A DNA stretch of 64,000 nt from Ostreococcus lucimarinus (Eukaryota): the NCBI GenBank assembly GCA_000092065.1, contig CP000587.1. One strand, 5' to 3'. Positions 38,684 to 49,726 of this stretch are shown here, in pieces. Positions within the stretch are counted from its first letter, which is position 1. The number at the start of each line of letters is the position of its first letter. Below the pieces are notes generated by a model. That model ran no database searches, had not been told where the DNA came from, and worked only from the letters and a program-made list of their open reading frames with translations. Made by a program: the position numbers and the translations under genes.

Positions 38684-39664
38684 TTACGCGGCGGAGGCAC
38701 CGGCGACGAGCTCGATAATTTCCGAGGTAATCTTCGCTTGGCGAGCGCGGTTGTAAACCAAAGACAAGGTCTTCTTGAGCTCCTTGGCGTTGTCCGAGGC
38801 GGTGGACATCGCGTTCATGCGCGCCGCGAGCTCAGAGGCGAGAGACTCTTGGAGCGCACGGAGGATTTGGGAGTTCATGTACAGCGGCATGAGGGCATCA
38901 AGAATTTGGTTCGGGTCTTGCTCGAACTGCATGACACCCTCAAACTCAGAAACCTCCGTGTCAGACGCTTCGCGCTTGACGGCGAACTTGCCATCTTCAG
39001 TCGTGAGCTTGAAGATTTCATCGTTCGCCGCGTCAATGCAAACACCGTCAACGTTGCACACCTCACCTTCCTTGGAGAGCGGCAAAATGGTTTGCACGGT
39101 CGGCTCCGCAGCGATGAGGGAAACGAATCGGGAGTAAATCATCTCGACCTTGTCGACTTCCTCCGAGGTGAACTCGGCGAAGATTTCGTCGGCGATGGTT
39201 TGCGCGTCTTGCGTGGACGGCGCTTGACCCATGTCGAAGCGCTTGACCAAGTTGTATTGCTCCTTGCGACGGTTGAAGTACACACCACCCTTCTTACCGA
39301 CGGTGATGAGCTTGCATTCAACGCCTTGCGCCTTGAGCTCCGCCACGCGCTGCTCCGTCTTGCGAATAATGAAGTTGTTGAACCCCCCGCACAAACCACG
39401 ATCACCCGTGCAGACGACGAGCATCGCCGTCTTCACCGGGCGCATCTTCGTCAACGGCACGTCCACATCCTCACCAGCCAATCGGCTGTTGATGGCGAAC
39501 AAAACCTTGACCAAAGACTCAGAGAACGGGCGCGCGCCAATGACGGCGTCTTGCGCCTTGCGCACCTTCGCCGCCGCGACGAGCTTCATCGCATCGGTGA
39601 TCTTCTTCGTGTTACCGACCGACGCGATGCGGTCGCGCATTTCCTTCGGGCTCGCGTTGCGAAT
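38684..39664 (-). CDS. atpC: chloroplast ATP synthase gamma subunit, exon 2
   Basis: IRNASPKEMRDRIASVGNTKKITDAMKLVAAAKVRKAQDAV… spans the whole mature gamma subunit, including the chloroplast-specific redox Cys pair EGEVCNVDGVCIDAANDE. The upstream in-frame TAG (39665-39667) is the intron acceptor. Confidence 0.85.
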   Translation of the reverse strand: MRNASPKEMRDRIASVGNTKKITDAMKLVAAAKVRKAQDAVIGARPFSESLVKVLFAINSRLAGEDVDVPLTKMRPVKTAMLVVCTGDRGLCGGFNNFIIRKTEQRVAELKAQGVECKLITVGKKGGVYFNRRKEQYNLVKRFDMGQAPSTQDAQTIADEIFAEFTSEEVDKVEMIYSRFVSLIAAEPTVQTILPLSKEGEVCNVDGVCIDAANDEIFKLTTEDGKFAVKREASDTEVSEFEGVMQFEQDPNQILDALMPLYMNSQILRALQESLASELAARMNAMSTASDNAKELKKTLSLVYNRARQAKITSEIIELVAGASAA

Positions 39665-40153
39665 CTACGAATCGTCATAAAGCGTACGAATCACCGTCAG
39701 TCTCTCGCGTCTCGCGTCGGTCTCGCGCGCGCGCAAAACCCTCTTTGGATACGATCGTCCCGCCCCCGCCCGCGCCCACGCGCGCGCGCACGCCGCGCGC
39801 CGCGCCCCCCGATCGCGCGCGCGATCACCACACAACCCCCGCGCGCCCCCGCGCGCACGCGCGCCCCCCGACGCGCGTCGCCATCGCCCGCGCCCTCCCG
39901 ATGACGCCGCGATCCGATCCGCGTTATCCTCACCAGACCCTACGTCCACGACCGGGCCCGGCCGCGCGTCCCTCGCGCGCGCGCGCGTCGCCCCGCGACG
40001 CCATCTCTCGCGCACTATTTTCCTCCACCGAATCCCGCGCGCGATCATCCTCGCCCGCGCGCGCGTCCTCGCGCGCGGCGCGATAATCCCGATGCCCGTC
40101 CCATCGCGCGCCATCGCGTCGTTCGCGCGTCGCGTCGTTCGTCGTTCACGCAC

Positions 40154-40270
40154 CACGAGGGATCGCTGCGGCGCCGTCGCGCGCTGCGCGGCGGTGGACC
40201 GTTTCACGGACGCACCGCGCACGGCGGTGGCCTTGCTCATGGCGAGCGACGTGTGGGCGACGGCGGACAT
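40154..40270 (-). CDS. atpC: chloroplast ATP synthase gamma subunit, exon 1 (transit peptide)
   Basis: MSAVAHTSLAMSKATAVRGASVKRSTAAQRATAPQRSLV is a typical Ser/Thr/Ala/Arg-rich transit peptide, followed by donor GTGCGTGAA. The ~489-nt intron has GAGACTGAC ~37 nt before the acceptor and keeps the join in phase 0. Confidence 0.7.
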
Positions 40271-40479
40271 CGAGTCGATCGTTCGGCGCGCGCGTGTATG
40301 CGGCCGAGGCGCGCAGATTCGCCCGCCGGATCGCGCGGCTTCGAGGGGTCGCGTGTTCGTGATGGGGATCTCGTGGGATTGTATACGAGGTTTGGTGCGT
40401 GTTTAAATATGGGGAAATGAGGGCGAGTGCGCATTGAAATATGGGGTCGAGGACGACGCGCGCGCGGCGGCGGCTCGGA

Positions 40480-41400
40480 TCACGGCGCGATCGTCAAGGC
40501 GTGGGTGACGATGTCCACCGGACCGCCCGCGGCGAGGAGTACGCTCGCAGCTTGGTCGGCGTCGGGAAATTGCGTCGGATCGCACGGGGCGCCGCGCGCG
40601 TGCAGGGCGTCCCAGGTTTCCTCGCGGCGCTGCGTCTCGCGAACGACGACGACGGCGCCGGTGCGATCGACCTCGGTGAAATCGCAAAAGAATCGAGTCT
40701 CGAACAGGCGAATGAGAACGCCGTCGACGCGGAGCCAAAATCTGAGCAAGACGAACCAACACTTGGGCATGACGCGCACCTTGAGCCCGAGGTGGGCGAC
40801 GCCGTTGTCGTCGAGCTCGGACTCGTACAGCGTCAGCTCGTCGTACATCAGTATCGGATCTCTCTCGGTGAGCATCGCGCGATCAATGCGTCTGTCGGTG
40901 AGCTCCCACGTCGGTGGCTGGCGATTCGAATCGCTCGTCGTCGTCACCGTGCCGCCGTACGGCGTCGTAAACGTCCAGTCGTACTCGGCGCTTCGCTCCG
41001 TCGTATTCCACGACGTCATCGACGGTCCGGGCGGTAACGCGGCGCCGTCCGCGCCGTCCGCACTCGTGCCGACACCTTCCCCGCCTCGCGCGTCCCTCGT
41101 CGCGGCGATCGACGCATCGCCGAACCGCTCGACGTGCGACCGTCGCCACGTCTTCGCCGCCGCGACCTCGATCGCGGGCAACCCGAGCTTCACCCACTCC
41201 CTGAGCGCGTCTTCCGCCTCGAACCTCAGCGCGACGCCGCTCTCGTGTCGCAGTTCGAGCGCGCTGTCGAACAGCATCTCCGGCGTCGTCGGCGCGTCGA
41301 CGTTCGTCTCGACTTGCTCTATTCGCGCTCTTTTCGCGATCGGCGTCGACGCGCTCTCGACGTCCCATCCACCGCGCGCGACGCGCGCGACCGTCGTCAT
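40480..41400 (-). CDS. TIP41: TIP41-like protein (TIPRL)
   Basis: …PILMYDELTLYESELDDNGVAHLGLKVRVMPKCWFVLLRFWLRVDGVLIRLFETRFF… matches the conserved TIP41 core. Confidence 0.85.
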   Translation of the reverse strand: MTTVARVARGGWDVESASTPIAKRARIEQVETNVDAPTTPEMLFDSALELRHESGVALRFEAEDALREWVKLGLPAIEVAAAKTWRRSHVERFGDASIAATRDARGGEGVGTSADGADGAALPPGPSMTSWNTTERSAEYDWTFTTPYGGTVTTTSDSNRQPPTWELTDRRIDRAMLTERDPILMYDELTLYESELDDNGVAHLGLKVRVMPKCWFVLLRFWLRVDGVLIRLFETRFFCDFTEVDRTGAVVVVRETQRREETWDALHARGAPCDPTQFPDADQAASVLLAAGGPVDIVTHALTIAP

Positions 41401-41529
41401 CGCGCGCGCGCGTCGCGGTCGCGCGTCGCCGACGCCCCGCGACGCCTCGCGCGCGCGCGCCGCGCGTCGCGTTCTCGCGTCGTCAGCCAGCGCGAACCGT
41501 CACTCGCGCGCGCGCGACGCGACGACGCG

Positions 41530-43149
41530 ATGACGCGCGTGCGCCGCGCCATGGAGGCGTTCCGCGCGATCGCGGACCCGCTCGAGCGCTACGTCTACCT
41601 GCGCGAGCTCCAGCGCGCGAGCGCGGAGACGTTTTATCGCGCGCTCGTGCGCGAACCGCTCGAGCTCATGCCGTTCGTGTACACGCCCACCGTGGGCGAG
41701 GCGTGCGAGAAGTATCACCGCCTGGGCATCGAGACGAACGGGGTGTACATCACGGCGGACGACGCGGGACGCGTGGGGGCGAAGCTGCGAGGACACTGGG
41801 ATCGGGCGGCGGCGGCGCGCGCGAGGGCGCGCGAGGGGCTCGACGGCGAAGCGGCGAAGCGACGAGGGGTCGATCGTCGCGCGCGCGCCGACGACGGCGT
41901 CGCCGTGGCGGTGGTGACGGATGGAGAACGGATCTTGGGGCTCGGTGATCTCGGCGCGGGCGGAATGGGGATCAGCGAGGGGAAGATTTTGTTGTACACG
42001 GTGTGCGCGGGCGTGCGGCCGTCGGCGTGTTTGCCGGTGTGCCTGGACGTCGGGACGAATAATCAGAGATTGCTGGACGACCCGAATTATAAAGGATTGC
42101 GACGGACGCGGCTGAAGGGGGAGGCGTACGACGCGCTGGTGGACGAGTTCATGCGAGAGATGCGGGCGTGGCAGCCGAGGTGTTTGGTGCAGTTTGAGGA
42201 TTTCGGCAACGCGAACGCGTTTCGTATCTTGGAAAAGTATCGCACGACGGGACCGTGCTTCAACGATGACATTCAAGGCACCGCCGCGATCACGCTCGCG
42301 GCGCTGCTCAGCTCGTTGCGAGCGACGAAAGGGAAACTGGAGGATCAAAAGGTTTTATTTTACGGCGCCGGCGAGGCGGGCGTCGGCATCGGCGAGCTCA
42401 TCGCCATGGCGATGGAGAAGACTGGGATGTCGCACAAGGAAGCCATGGAGCGATGTTACTTCATGGATTCCAAGGGTCTGGTTTGCAAAAGTCGTCTGGA
42501 TGGATTGCAGCCGCACAAGGTGGCGTTCGCGCACGACGTCGAGTATCAGCCCGATTTACTGTCGGCGATTTCCGCCGTCAAGCCCACGGCGTTAATCGGC
42601 GTGAGCACGATCGGCGGGGCGTTTACGGAAGACGTCGTCAAGGAAATGTGCGCTCTGAACGAGCGGCCAATCATTTTTCCGCTGAGCAATCCCACGTCGA
42701 AGTCAGAGTGCACGTTTGAGCAAGCCATGGCTTGGAGCGACGGCAAAGTCGTCTTCGCCAGCGGGTCGCCGTTTGATCCAGTCGTGCGCCCGCGAGATGG
42801 CGTAAAAGTCTTCCCAGCGCAAGCGAACAACGCGTACGTTTTCCCGGCGCTCGGCTTCGCCGCCGCTCTCACGGGGGCGTCGCAAATCACCGACGATTTA
42901 TTCCTCGCCGCCGCCGAATCGCTCGCGTCCATCACAACCGACGCGGAGATCGACGCCGGCCATTTATTCCCGGACATGAACTCCATCAGACAAGTCTCAG
43001 TAACGTTAACCGCGGAGATTTGCGAGATGATTGTGAAATCCGGCCTCGGTCGCGCCCCGAGCGGGGTGTCCACGCACGCGGACTGGTTGGCGTACATCGA
43101 GTCGCACCAATACGACCCGGGCGAGGAGCAACCGATATCCAAGCTCTAA
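41530..43149 (+). CDS. NAD(P)-dependent malic enzyme
   Basis: Malic enzyme N-terminal domain (FVYTPTVGEACEKYH), Asp-rich divalent metal site, NAD(P) Rossmann (FYGAGEAGVGIGELIA) and C-terminal FNDDIQGTAAITLA block. The start is set at MTRVRRAMEAF; the upstream ORF extension is an antisense frame of TIP41. Confidence 0.9.
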   Translation: MTRVRRAMEAFRAIADPLERYVYLRELQRASAETFYRALVREPLELMPFVYTPTVGEACEKYHRLGIETNGVYITADDAGRVGAKLRGHWDRAAAARARAREGLDGEAAKRRGVDRRARADDGVAVAVVTDGERILGLGDLGAGGMGISEGKILLYTVCAGVRPSACLPVCLDVGTNNQRLLDDPNYKGLRRTRLKGEAYDALVDEFMREMRAWQPRCLVQFEDFGNANAFRILEKYRTTGPCFNDDIQGTAAITLAALLSSLRATKGKLEDQKVLFYGAGEAGVGIGELIAMAMEKTGMSHKEAMERCYFMDSKGLVCKSRLDGLQPHKVAFAHDVEYQPDLLSAISAVKPTALIGVSTIGGAFTEDVVKEMCALNERPIIFPLSNPTSKSECTFEQAMAWSDGKVVFASGSPFDPVVRPRDGVKVFPAQANNAYVFPALGFAAALTGASQITDDLFLAAAESLASITTDAEIDAGHLFPDMNSIRQVSVTLTAEICEMIVKSGLGRAPSGVSTHADWLAYIESHQYDPGEEQPISKL

Positions 43150-43359
43150 GCTTTCGCACGCCGTAGCATCGCCGTCGTAGTAATTCAAATTTATTCGTAT
43201 TGATTATTCGACGACGACCGTCCGTCGCGCGTTTCTCGATTTTCGACCGCCGAGCTCGACGAGACAGTTACGCCGCGGCGTCCCCGCGCCCGCTCGCGCC
43301 CGCACACGCCCGCGCGGCGTCGCGCGGCGTCGCGCCCCGAACTCGCGCGACTCGACGTC

Positions 43360-44709
43360 ATGGGTGCGCACGAGTCCCGCGTCGCCGCGCACGCCACCGC
43401 GTCGACGAGCGCGGCGACGTCGAACGATGTGTCGAGCGGCGGCTTGTCGCGAATCTTCTCGTTCCCTCCTCGCCCGCCGCCGCGCGCCGAGCCTTATCTC
43501 CACCTCCCCACGTATCTCGGTGACCGCGTGCTGGCGTTCCAGTACACGGGCGCGCGCGATGAAGGCGACGGGGCGTACAGGACGGCGCTGCGAGAGAATG
43601 CGCGCGCGTTGGACGAGGCGTTCTCGCCGGGGACGGTGCTCCTAATCTCTTTGAACAGCGCGCTGTTGATGGATAAGAGCATGTACGACGACTTCAATTG
43701 CGTCGTGGAGTTTTGTACGTTTTGGGGCCCGCCGGGCGTGGGCGCGGGTGGGTTAGATTCTATTTTGAGCGCGTGCTCGAGCGCGAAGAATTGGTTGTCG
43801 ATGAGCGAATCAAACGTGGTGTGTTTTCACGTTCGAGTCGAGCGTGGCGCGGACGCGGCGAGAATACTGCGATATGTTGTCGCGTGCTTCGAGACGTACC
43901 GTGCGTCGTCGAGTGAGTTCGACATCGATATGGCGTTTGAAGAGTTGCCGACCGTGCCTCCGCGCGCGTTTTCCGCGCATCGAGCCGCGGCGCCGTCGCG
44001 AGCGCAGATCCGGTACGGAGGATACTTTGGTGACGCCATTCGAACGAGTCGAGAAAGCGGTAAAGAGTGCATCCCCAAGAATAGGCTTAGGTTGAAACGG
44101 TTGGTGATCGCCGGCGGTTTATCGATTCATAATGGTGGTTGGCGGCCCTACGCGAAAGTGATTTGCCAATCGACTGGCGTGGTCGGCAAAAGCGCTACGC
44201 AAGGATTAGCTCCGGATTGGCACGATTCGAAACACGGATTATCGCCGATAGGCATGGAGCTTGTTCGGACGGGGCATGAATCCAACACGTTGTCCGTGGA
44301 AACCGCCATAGGACTGTCGCTCGATGGCGATTGCGTGATATCGATCTTCCACTGGACGGGCGACGAAACCCGCGACGAACTTTCTCCGGTGATGACATTT
44401 GCGTTTCACACGGGTTTCATTCATCTCAAGACCTCAATGGGTGATTCTAAAGCAGGTGTAATGCGGATCACACGAGATCAGATGGACTGCACGGATGAAA
44501 CTCTGATTCCAGACGATTACTTCTTCGATTTGATGTTTCTCGCAGAAAATGCCGAAGCCAAACCCAAAAGGCAAGCTGATATCGCCGTGCAAACCACTCC
44601 GGCGCTGAATGAGACGCACGCGGGATCAAAGATAGCTGAACCACCCGCGCTGCCTACATCACCCTCCCAAGCACCACTTGAGTGTGCTCCACCGCCACCG
44701 CCACCACCA

Positions 44710-44760
<51 letters not shown>

Positions 44761-46008
44761 GGATTCAAGCTCTCATCGGCATCTATGCCGAAAGTAGCAA
44801 CGCCACCAGCCCCAGGCGCACCGCCACCACCGCCGCCACCAGTAGTGCAGTTTCGTTCCGTATCGCTCACGCCTCGAGCGCCGCCGCTAGCCCAAGGCCC
44901 GAATTTGCGGAAGGTTTACTGGGACAAACTCACGGTGACGCAAAATACGTGGTGGAGCGATATAAACAGCGACGTCGGTGCTTTAAGAGAGGAGGAAAAA
45001 CAAGCGATCGTTAAATCTTTCGAGATTCGAGTGAATGCGAGCAAGAAGGCGCTGACTGAAAAGCCGAAACACGTCACGGGTATGCCGACGCTAATTCCGA
45101 TTCCGCGTTCGAATAACATAGCCATCATGCTCTCGCGGTTTCCCATGAGCGCGGAAGGCATCGTTGAGGCCATCGCGACCGGTGATCCGGAAGGTACACT
45201 CACGCTCGAAAGGCTTGCGGTTTTGCTTCAATGTGAACCGACGGAAGAGGAGCTCCAAATAATGCAGAATTTTAAGGGCGATGCGACGGTTTTGAATGCT
45301 CCGGAACGCTTTCTCATGGACCTCGCGACGAAAGTCGAGCGCTTGCCCGATAAAATCGCGGCGTTGGTGTACGCGAGACAATTTCCTGAGATGATGAGTG
45401 AGGCCTACTCTGGCTTGCGGGCAATCGAGCAAGCGTGCTCGCAAGTTAGAGAGGCGGAAGGATTTCGCAAGGTACTCGCCGTGGCGTTACGTGTGGGAAA
45501 CTTTATGAACGCGGGTGGGCCGCGATCGAGCACAAATGGTATCACACTCGACTCGTTACACAAGCTAAGCGACGTTCGAACGACCGCGCCGACGGCCAAA
45601 GGTGGGTGCACGCTGTTGGATTTCGTCGTAGAACTCGTCGACGCCCGAGAAGACGGTGAAATTTCGCTGACGAACGAGCTCGGCGCCTGCCAAGCCGCCA
45701 GCCGCATCGCGCGCGCCGAGCTCGAGGGACTGATTCGCAAGATTACGAGCGGTGCGCAACGAATTAAACGCGAAATCGACAAGTCGAGCGTTCAAAGCTT
45801 CGATGGCTTGCTCGTCGACTTGGACTCCGATGTCGAGGCGCTCTCGAAGGAAGCCGAGCGCGTCGACGCCGAGTTCACGCGATTCGCAGAGCTCTGCGGC
45901 GAGACGCGCAAATCGCCCGAAGATGTTTTTGCGAGTATTTGGACATTCGCGTGCGCGTGTGATGCGTCGAGAGCCGCCCGCGCGCATCGCGCGTCGAAGA
46001 AAAAGTAG
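43360..46008 (+). CDS. formin (PTEN/C2-like N-domain, FH1 polyproline, FH2)
   Basis: MGAHES (myristoylation-type) N-terminus. A 26-residue uninterrupted poly-Pro FH1 encoded by (CCR)n at ~44690-44765. FH2 begins KVYWDKLTVTQNTWWSDI and contains GNFMNAG. Confidence 0.85.
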
Positions 46009-46061
46009 CCTCGACGAAGAAAAAGAAAATGTAGTCAACCACCGACCGCACTTCACGCGTC

Positions 46062-46763
46062 ATGCACCGCCCCATCGCGCGTGGTTTCGCGCGAGCGTAC
46101 GCCACGCACTGGCTTCCGCAGAGCGCCCGCACGTGGCTGGACGGCGTCGAGCACGCCGCCTTCGCGCGGGCGCTCACAGACGCCATGAAGAAGATTCCTC
46201 AACTCAGTGGACGCGAAGAGTCCATCGCGCAGTCGATCAGTGCGCGCGCGAGCGAAATTTTAGAGGCCGAGACGGCGGATGGGTCGTTCACGCGCGATGC
46301 GGTCGAGACGACGCACGCGAAGACCGCCGCACGAGCGTGCGCGGTGTACGAGTGCACGCGACCGTACCTCGGCAACGACGACGCGACGATGGATTTGATC
46401 CGCACGCACGCCGGCGCGGAGCGGACGGCGCAAACCATGAACGGTGGACTCGTTCGAGGGGCGCTCATGCTTTCGAGGGACCCGATCGCGACGATCGCGT
46501 CGATGGTCGGCAACGTCACGAATGACTTGGCGCCGGGCGCTTGGAGACGAGAAGACGGCGAGTTCGTGACGAGCACGTGCACGTATCGCGAATTTTTCAA
46601 AAAGCGCGACATGGAATTTTTAACGGCGACGACGTGTTGCTCCCTGGACGTGGACGTGTGGTTTTCGGGCTTGGACGCCAAGTCGGCGACGGTGACGCTC
46701 GAGTCCTCTATGGCGCGCGGCGACCCAGAGTGTCGCATCTCCGTGCGCGCCGGCGAAAAGTAG
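46062..46763 (+). CDS. conserved hypothetical protein
   Basis: 233-aa ORF with complex composition and a C-terminal Cys-rich block (…TSTCTYREFFKKRDMEFLTATTCCSLDVDVWF…). No family assigned with confidence. Confidence 0.5.
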   Translation: MHRPIARGFARAYATHWLPQSARTWLDGVEHAAFARALTDAMKKIPQLSGREESIAQSISARASEILEAETADGSFTRDAVETTHAKTAARACAVYECTRPYLGNDDATMDLIRTHAGAERTAQTMNGGLVRGALMLSRDPIATIASMVGNVTNDLAPGAWRREDGEFVTSTCTYREFFKKRDMEFLTATTCCSLDVDVWFSGLDAKSATVTLESSMARGDPECRISVRAGEK

Positions 46764-46915
46764 CGCCCATCGAAGAAGCGCCGATAGCGAAGAAATAGCG
46801 ACCGTAGCATCTAGCGCGCCGTCCACGGCGCATTTTTATTAGCCAACCAACATTCACGCCAGGCGCTCGACGTCGCCCGAGTCGAGCCGCAGTTCGCGAC
46901 GCGCGCGGGCGCGTC

Positions 46916-48112
46916 ATGCGCCCGCGAAACCCACCCGACGTCGACGACGCGACGTCGTCGTCCCCGTTCGACTCGTCCGCGCTCCACGGTCGTCTCGTGC
47001 ACGGCACGTGCGGTTGGGCGTCGAAGAGCCAAAATTTAAGCTTTTACGCGCCCAACGAGCTGTCGAGCGGAGAAAGGCGTTTGCCGAGCTACGCCGAGCG
47101 TTTCGGGTGCGTCGAAGTGGACAGCACCACGTATGCCATTCCCACGAGGGACGTCGTCCAGCGCTGGGTCGACGCGACGCCGGACGGTTTCGTGTTCCTC
47201 GTGAAGGCGTTCGGCGGGCTGTGCGCGTCGACCGTCGACGCACGCTCGCTGCCGCGTGACGTACGCGAGATGCTCCCGCCGACGCCTTCGGGGCGCGTCG
47301 CGTACTCGTCGATGCCAACACGGGCGAAGGATGCGCTGTGGGCGCGTTGGAACGATGCCATCGCGCCGATCGTCGAGGCTGGGAAGCTCGGCTGCGTGGT
47401 GTTTCAATTTCATCTGTCGCAAGGCGTCGGCGACGCGCTTCGAGCGCACGCGTTGGAGTGTCAGTCGCGATTGAACGGCGCACGCACGGCGGTGGAGTTT
47501 AGGAACAGAGATTGGATCACGGGCGATGTCGGCACGCAGACGGTGCGCTGGTGCCGCGAACATGATTTATTGCTCGTCGCCGCAGATGAGTTGGAGCACG
47601 AAACGTTTCAGCGTGATAGACAACAAACTGGTTTACCCGTCGGTGCGGTGCGACGAAAAATGCCCACGCGATTGGAACGCACTGTCGACTGGGGATGTTT
47701 GATTCGCGTTCACAGACGGCACGGGACGACGGAGCGCGTGCTCGACGAAGAAGAAATTTCGTTTTGGAGCGAGCGCGTGCGCGCGCTCGATCCCAAACCG
47801 ACGCGAGGACCTATTTGGGTTACTTGGGGCACCGAGTGGCGCGACGCTCCGCTGACGAACGCGCTCGCGCTCGACGACGCCGTCGGCGAGTTTGCGTATG
47901 ATTGGTACGGCACGCGTCGTTCGCGTCCATCAAAATCGAAGCCGTCCGCCAAGTCAATCGCGGCGTTATTCGCCGCAGCGCCCCAGCCGAAAGCGAAGTC
48001 CCCGACGTCGACGCCTCCCGCGCGCAAATCCGAAGCGAGAAAACATCTCAACCCTCTCGCCGCGCTCTGGTCGCGCGCGAATCCCATAGAAGACGCGCGT
48101 CGTACAGATTAA
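46916..48112 (+). CDS. DUF72 (UPF0759) family protein
   Basis: N-terminal DUF72 signature LVHGTCGWASKSQ…FYAPNELSSGERRLPSYAERFGCVEVDSTTYAIP (bacterial consensus GTSGWxY…FYP…L…YA..F..VEIN.TFY) and mid-domain FQFHLSQ. Confidence 0.75.
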   Translation: MRPRNPPDVDDATSSSPFDSSALHGRLVHGTCGWASKSQNLSFYAPNELSSGERRLPSYAERFGCVEVDSTTYAIPTRDVVQRWVDATPDGFVFLVKAFGGLCASTVDARSLPRDVREMLPPTPSGRVAYSSMPTRAKDALWARWNDAIAPIVEAGKLGCVVFQFHLSQGVGDALRAHALECQSRLNGARTAVEFRNRDWITGDVGTQTVRWCREHDLLLVAADELEHETFQRDRQQTGLPVGAVRRKMPTRLERTVDWGCLIRVHRRHGTTERVLDEEEISFWSERVRALDPKPTRGPIWVTWGTEWRDAPLTNALALDDAVGEFAYDWYGTRRSRPSKSKPSAKSIAALFAAAPQPKAKSPTSTPPARKSEARKHLNPLAALWSRANPIEDARRTD

Positions 48113-48186
48113 TTAGTCAGCAGAAAACCGTTACAGCTCGAAAACCGCAGACACCGCCGCGCGGCGCGCGACGCGGTCGTCCGGCG

Positions 48187-49722
48187 ATGTCGTCCGCTAA
48201 AAAGAAACCACCGAAAACGACCAATCCCGCGTCGCTCGTCGACGCGCGCGTCGACGCCGTCCTCGCGCGCGTGGCCGCTGTGAAGGCGCGCGCCGTCGCT
48301 CTCGACCACGCGCGCGTCAACGTCGACGATGTCGACGCGCTCGTGTCGGGCCTCGGCGCGCTCGGCCTGCGAGCGAGCGAGGACAAACAGCATCCGATCA
48401 CGCGCGTGCAAACACCGCCGCCGTTGCGGAAGCACGCGCACGCGCGCACGGTGAGCGTCTCGGATGTGGATGTGTCCGCGGTGAAGCTCGAGCGCGACGA
48501 AGCGCCGGCGAAGCGCAAGCGCCGCGTGGGGTTGTTGTACGACGACGCGATGGAAATGCACGAAAAGGAGGGACACTTCGAACAGCCGGCGAGACATCGG
48601 GTCGTCGTGAATGAGATCAAGGCGGAGAAACTGGATTTGAGATGCGAACGGCTGGAGGCGCGAGAGGCGACGGAGGCGGAGCTGACGCGCGCGCACACGA
48701 AGGAACACGTGGCGTTCGTCGATTCGGCGTTCGACGTCGATGGAGAGAAGGTACAAGTTATGACTGGCGAGGACGTGTTCGGCGATGACATCTTCTTCAC
48801 GAAGCATACGGCGAAGGGGGCGCGCATGGCGGCGGGGACGGTCGCGGAGGCGTGTTTGGCGGTGGGGCGAGGAGACGTAGACCGAGCGTTCGCGGTGGTG
48901 CGACCACCGGGACATCACGCGGTGTGCGGACAAGCGATGGGATTTTGTTTCTTCAATAACGCCGTCGTGGGAGCACGAGCGGTGATCGAGACAAAACTGT
49001 GCGAGCGAGTCCTGATAATCGATTGGGACGTGCACCACGGTAACGGCATCCAGGACATCGTGTACGAAGACGAGAGCGTGATGTACGTATCGTTGCATCG
49101 ATACGGCGATGGATTTTACCCGGGCACGGGTGCTGTAGCGGAGGTTGGTAAAGGCGGTACGAATGTGAACGTTGCGTGGTCGGAGAAGGGCTTGGGAGAC
49201 GCCGATTACTTGGCCGCGTTTGACGTCGTCATCGAGCCCGTGGTGAAATCTTTCGCTCCAGATTTGATCATCATCGCCGCTGGATTCGACGCCGCGGACG
49301 GCGATCCACTCGGAGGTATGATGGTATCGCCCACGGGCTACATGCACATGACGAAGCGTTTGATTGAAATCGGTACCGGGCGCGTCGTCGTCGCTCTTGA
49401 AGGTGGTTACGCCCTTCGCCCGCTCGCCACGTGCGCGACGGCGACGCTTCGAGCGTTACTCGGCGATGAACCGAAGCCTATATCATCGCGGTCTCGACCG
49501 AGGAAATCAAGCATCAAGCTCTGTCGCGAGCTCGCGTCGCTGCTCGCAGAGCACTGGCCCGTGCTAGAGAGCGACGAGTACAAGAATTCGACGGCGTTGA
49601 TCGCGAAACGCGCCACCGTCGTCGGCGCCGCGCGAGAGTACCCCACCGGTCGCCGCTCGAAATCGCCCGCAAATTCTTCCTCGTCCGCCTCCACTGCCGT
49701 GGGCGCCGTCTGTACGACTTAA
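48187..49722 (+). CDS. HDAC: histone deacetylase, class II (HDA5/HDA15-like)
   Basis: HDAC catalytic core: HHAVCGQAMGFCFFNNAVV…IIDWDVHHGNGIQDIVYEDESVMYVSLHRYGDGFYPGTG. The start is set at MSSAKKKPPK (the ORF-track start at 47902 overlaps the DUF72 3' end). Confidence 0.9.
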   Translation: MSSAKKKPPKTTNPASLVDARVDAVLARVAAVKARAVALDHARVNVDDVDALVSGLGALGLRASEDKQHPITRVQTPPPLRKHAHARTVSVSDVDVSAVKLERDEAPAKRKRRVGLLYDDAMEMHEKEGHFEQPARHRVVVNEIKAEKLDLRCERLEAREATEAELTRAHTKEHVAFVDSAFDVDGEKVQVMTGEDVFGDDIFFTKHTAKGARMAAGTVAEACLAVGRGDVDRAFAVVRPPGHHAVCGQAMGFCFFNNAVVGARAVIETKLCERVLIIDWDVHHGNGIQDIVYEDESVMYVSLHRYGDGFYPGTGAVAEVGKGGTNVNVAWSEKGLGDADYLAAFDVVIEPVVKSFAPDLIIIAAGFDAADGDPLGGMMVSPTGYMHMTKRLIEIGTGRVVVALEGGYALRPLATCATATLRALLGDEPKPISSRSRPRKSSIKLCRELASLLAEHWPVLESDEYKNSTALIAKRATVVGAAREYPTGRRSKSPANSSSSASTAVGAVCTT

Positions 49723-49726
49723 TCGA

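Noticed and set aside
38672-39904. 410-aa plus-strand ORF
   Set aside because: Antisense to chloroplast atpC. No domains.
40441-42348. ORFs 40441..41037 (+), 41134..41529 (+ N-terminal extension of malic enzyme) and 41500..42348 (-)
   Set aside because: Antisense or out-of-gene extensions of TIP41 and malic enzyme. Arg-rich.
46062-46763. Tentative link of the 233-aa protein to L-2-amino-thiazoline-4-carboxylate hydrolase / D27-like families
   Set aside because: Rests only on a vaguely remembered CC/W motif. Not supportable without a profile search, so it is left as hypothetical.
48109-49347. 412-aa minus-strand ORF
   Set aside because: Antisense to the histone deacetylase gene.
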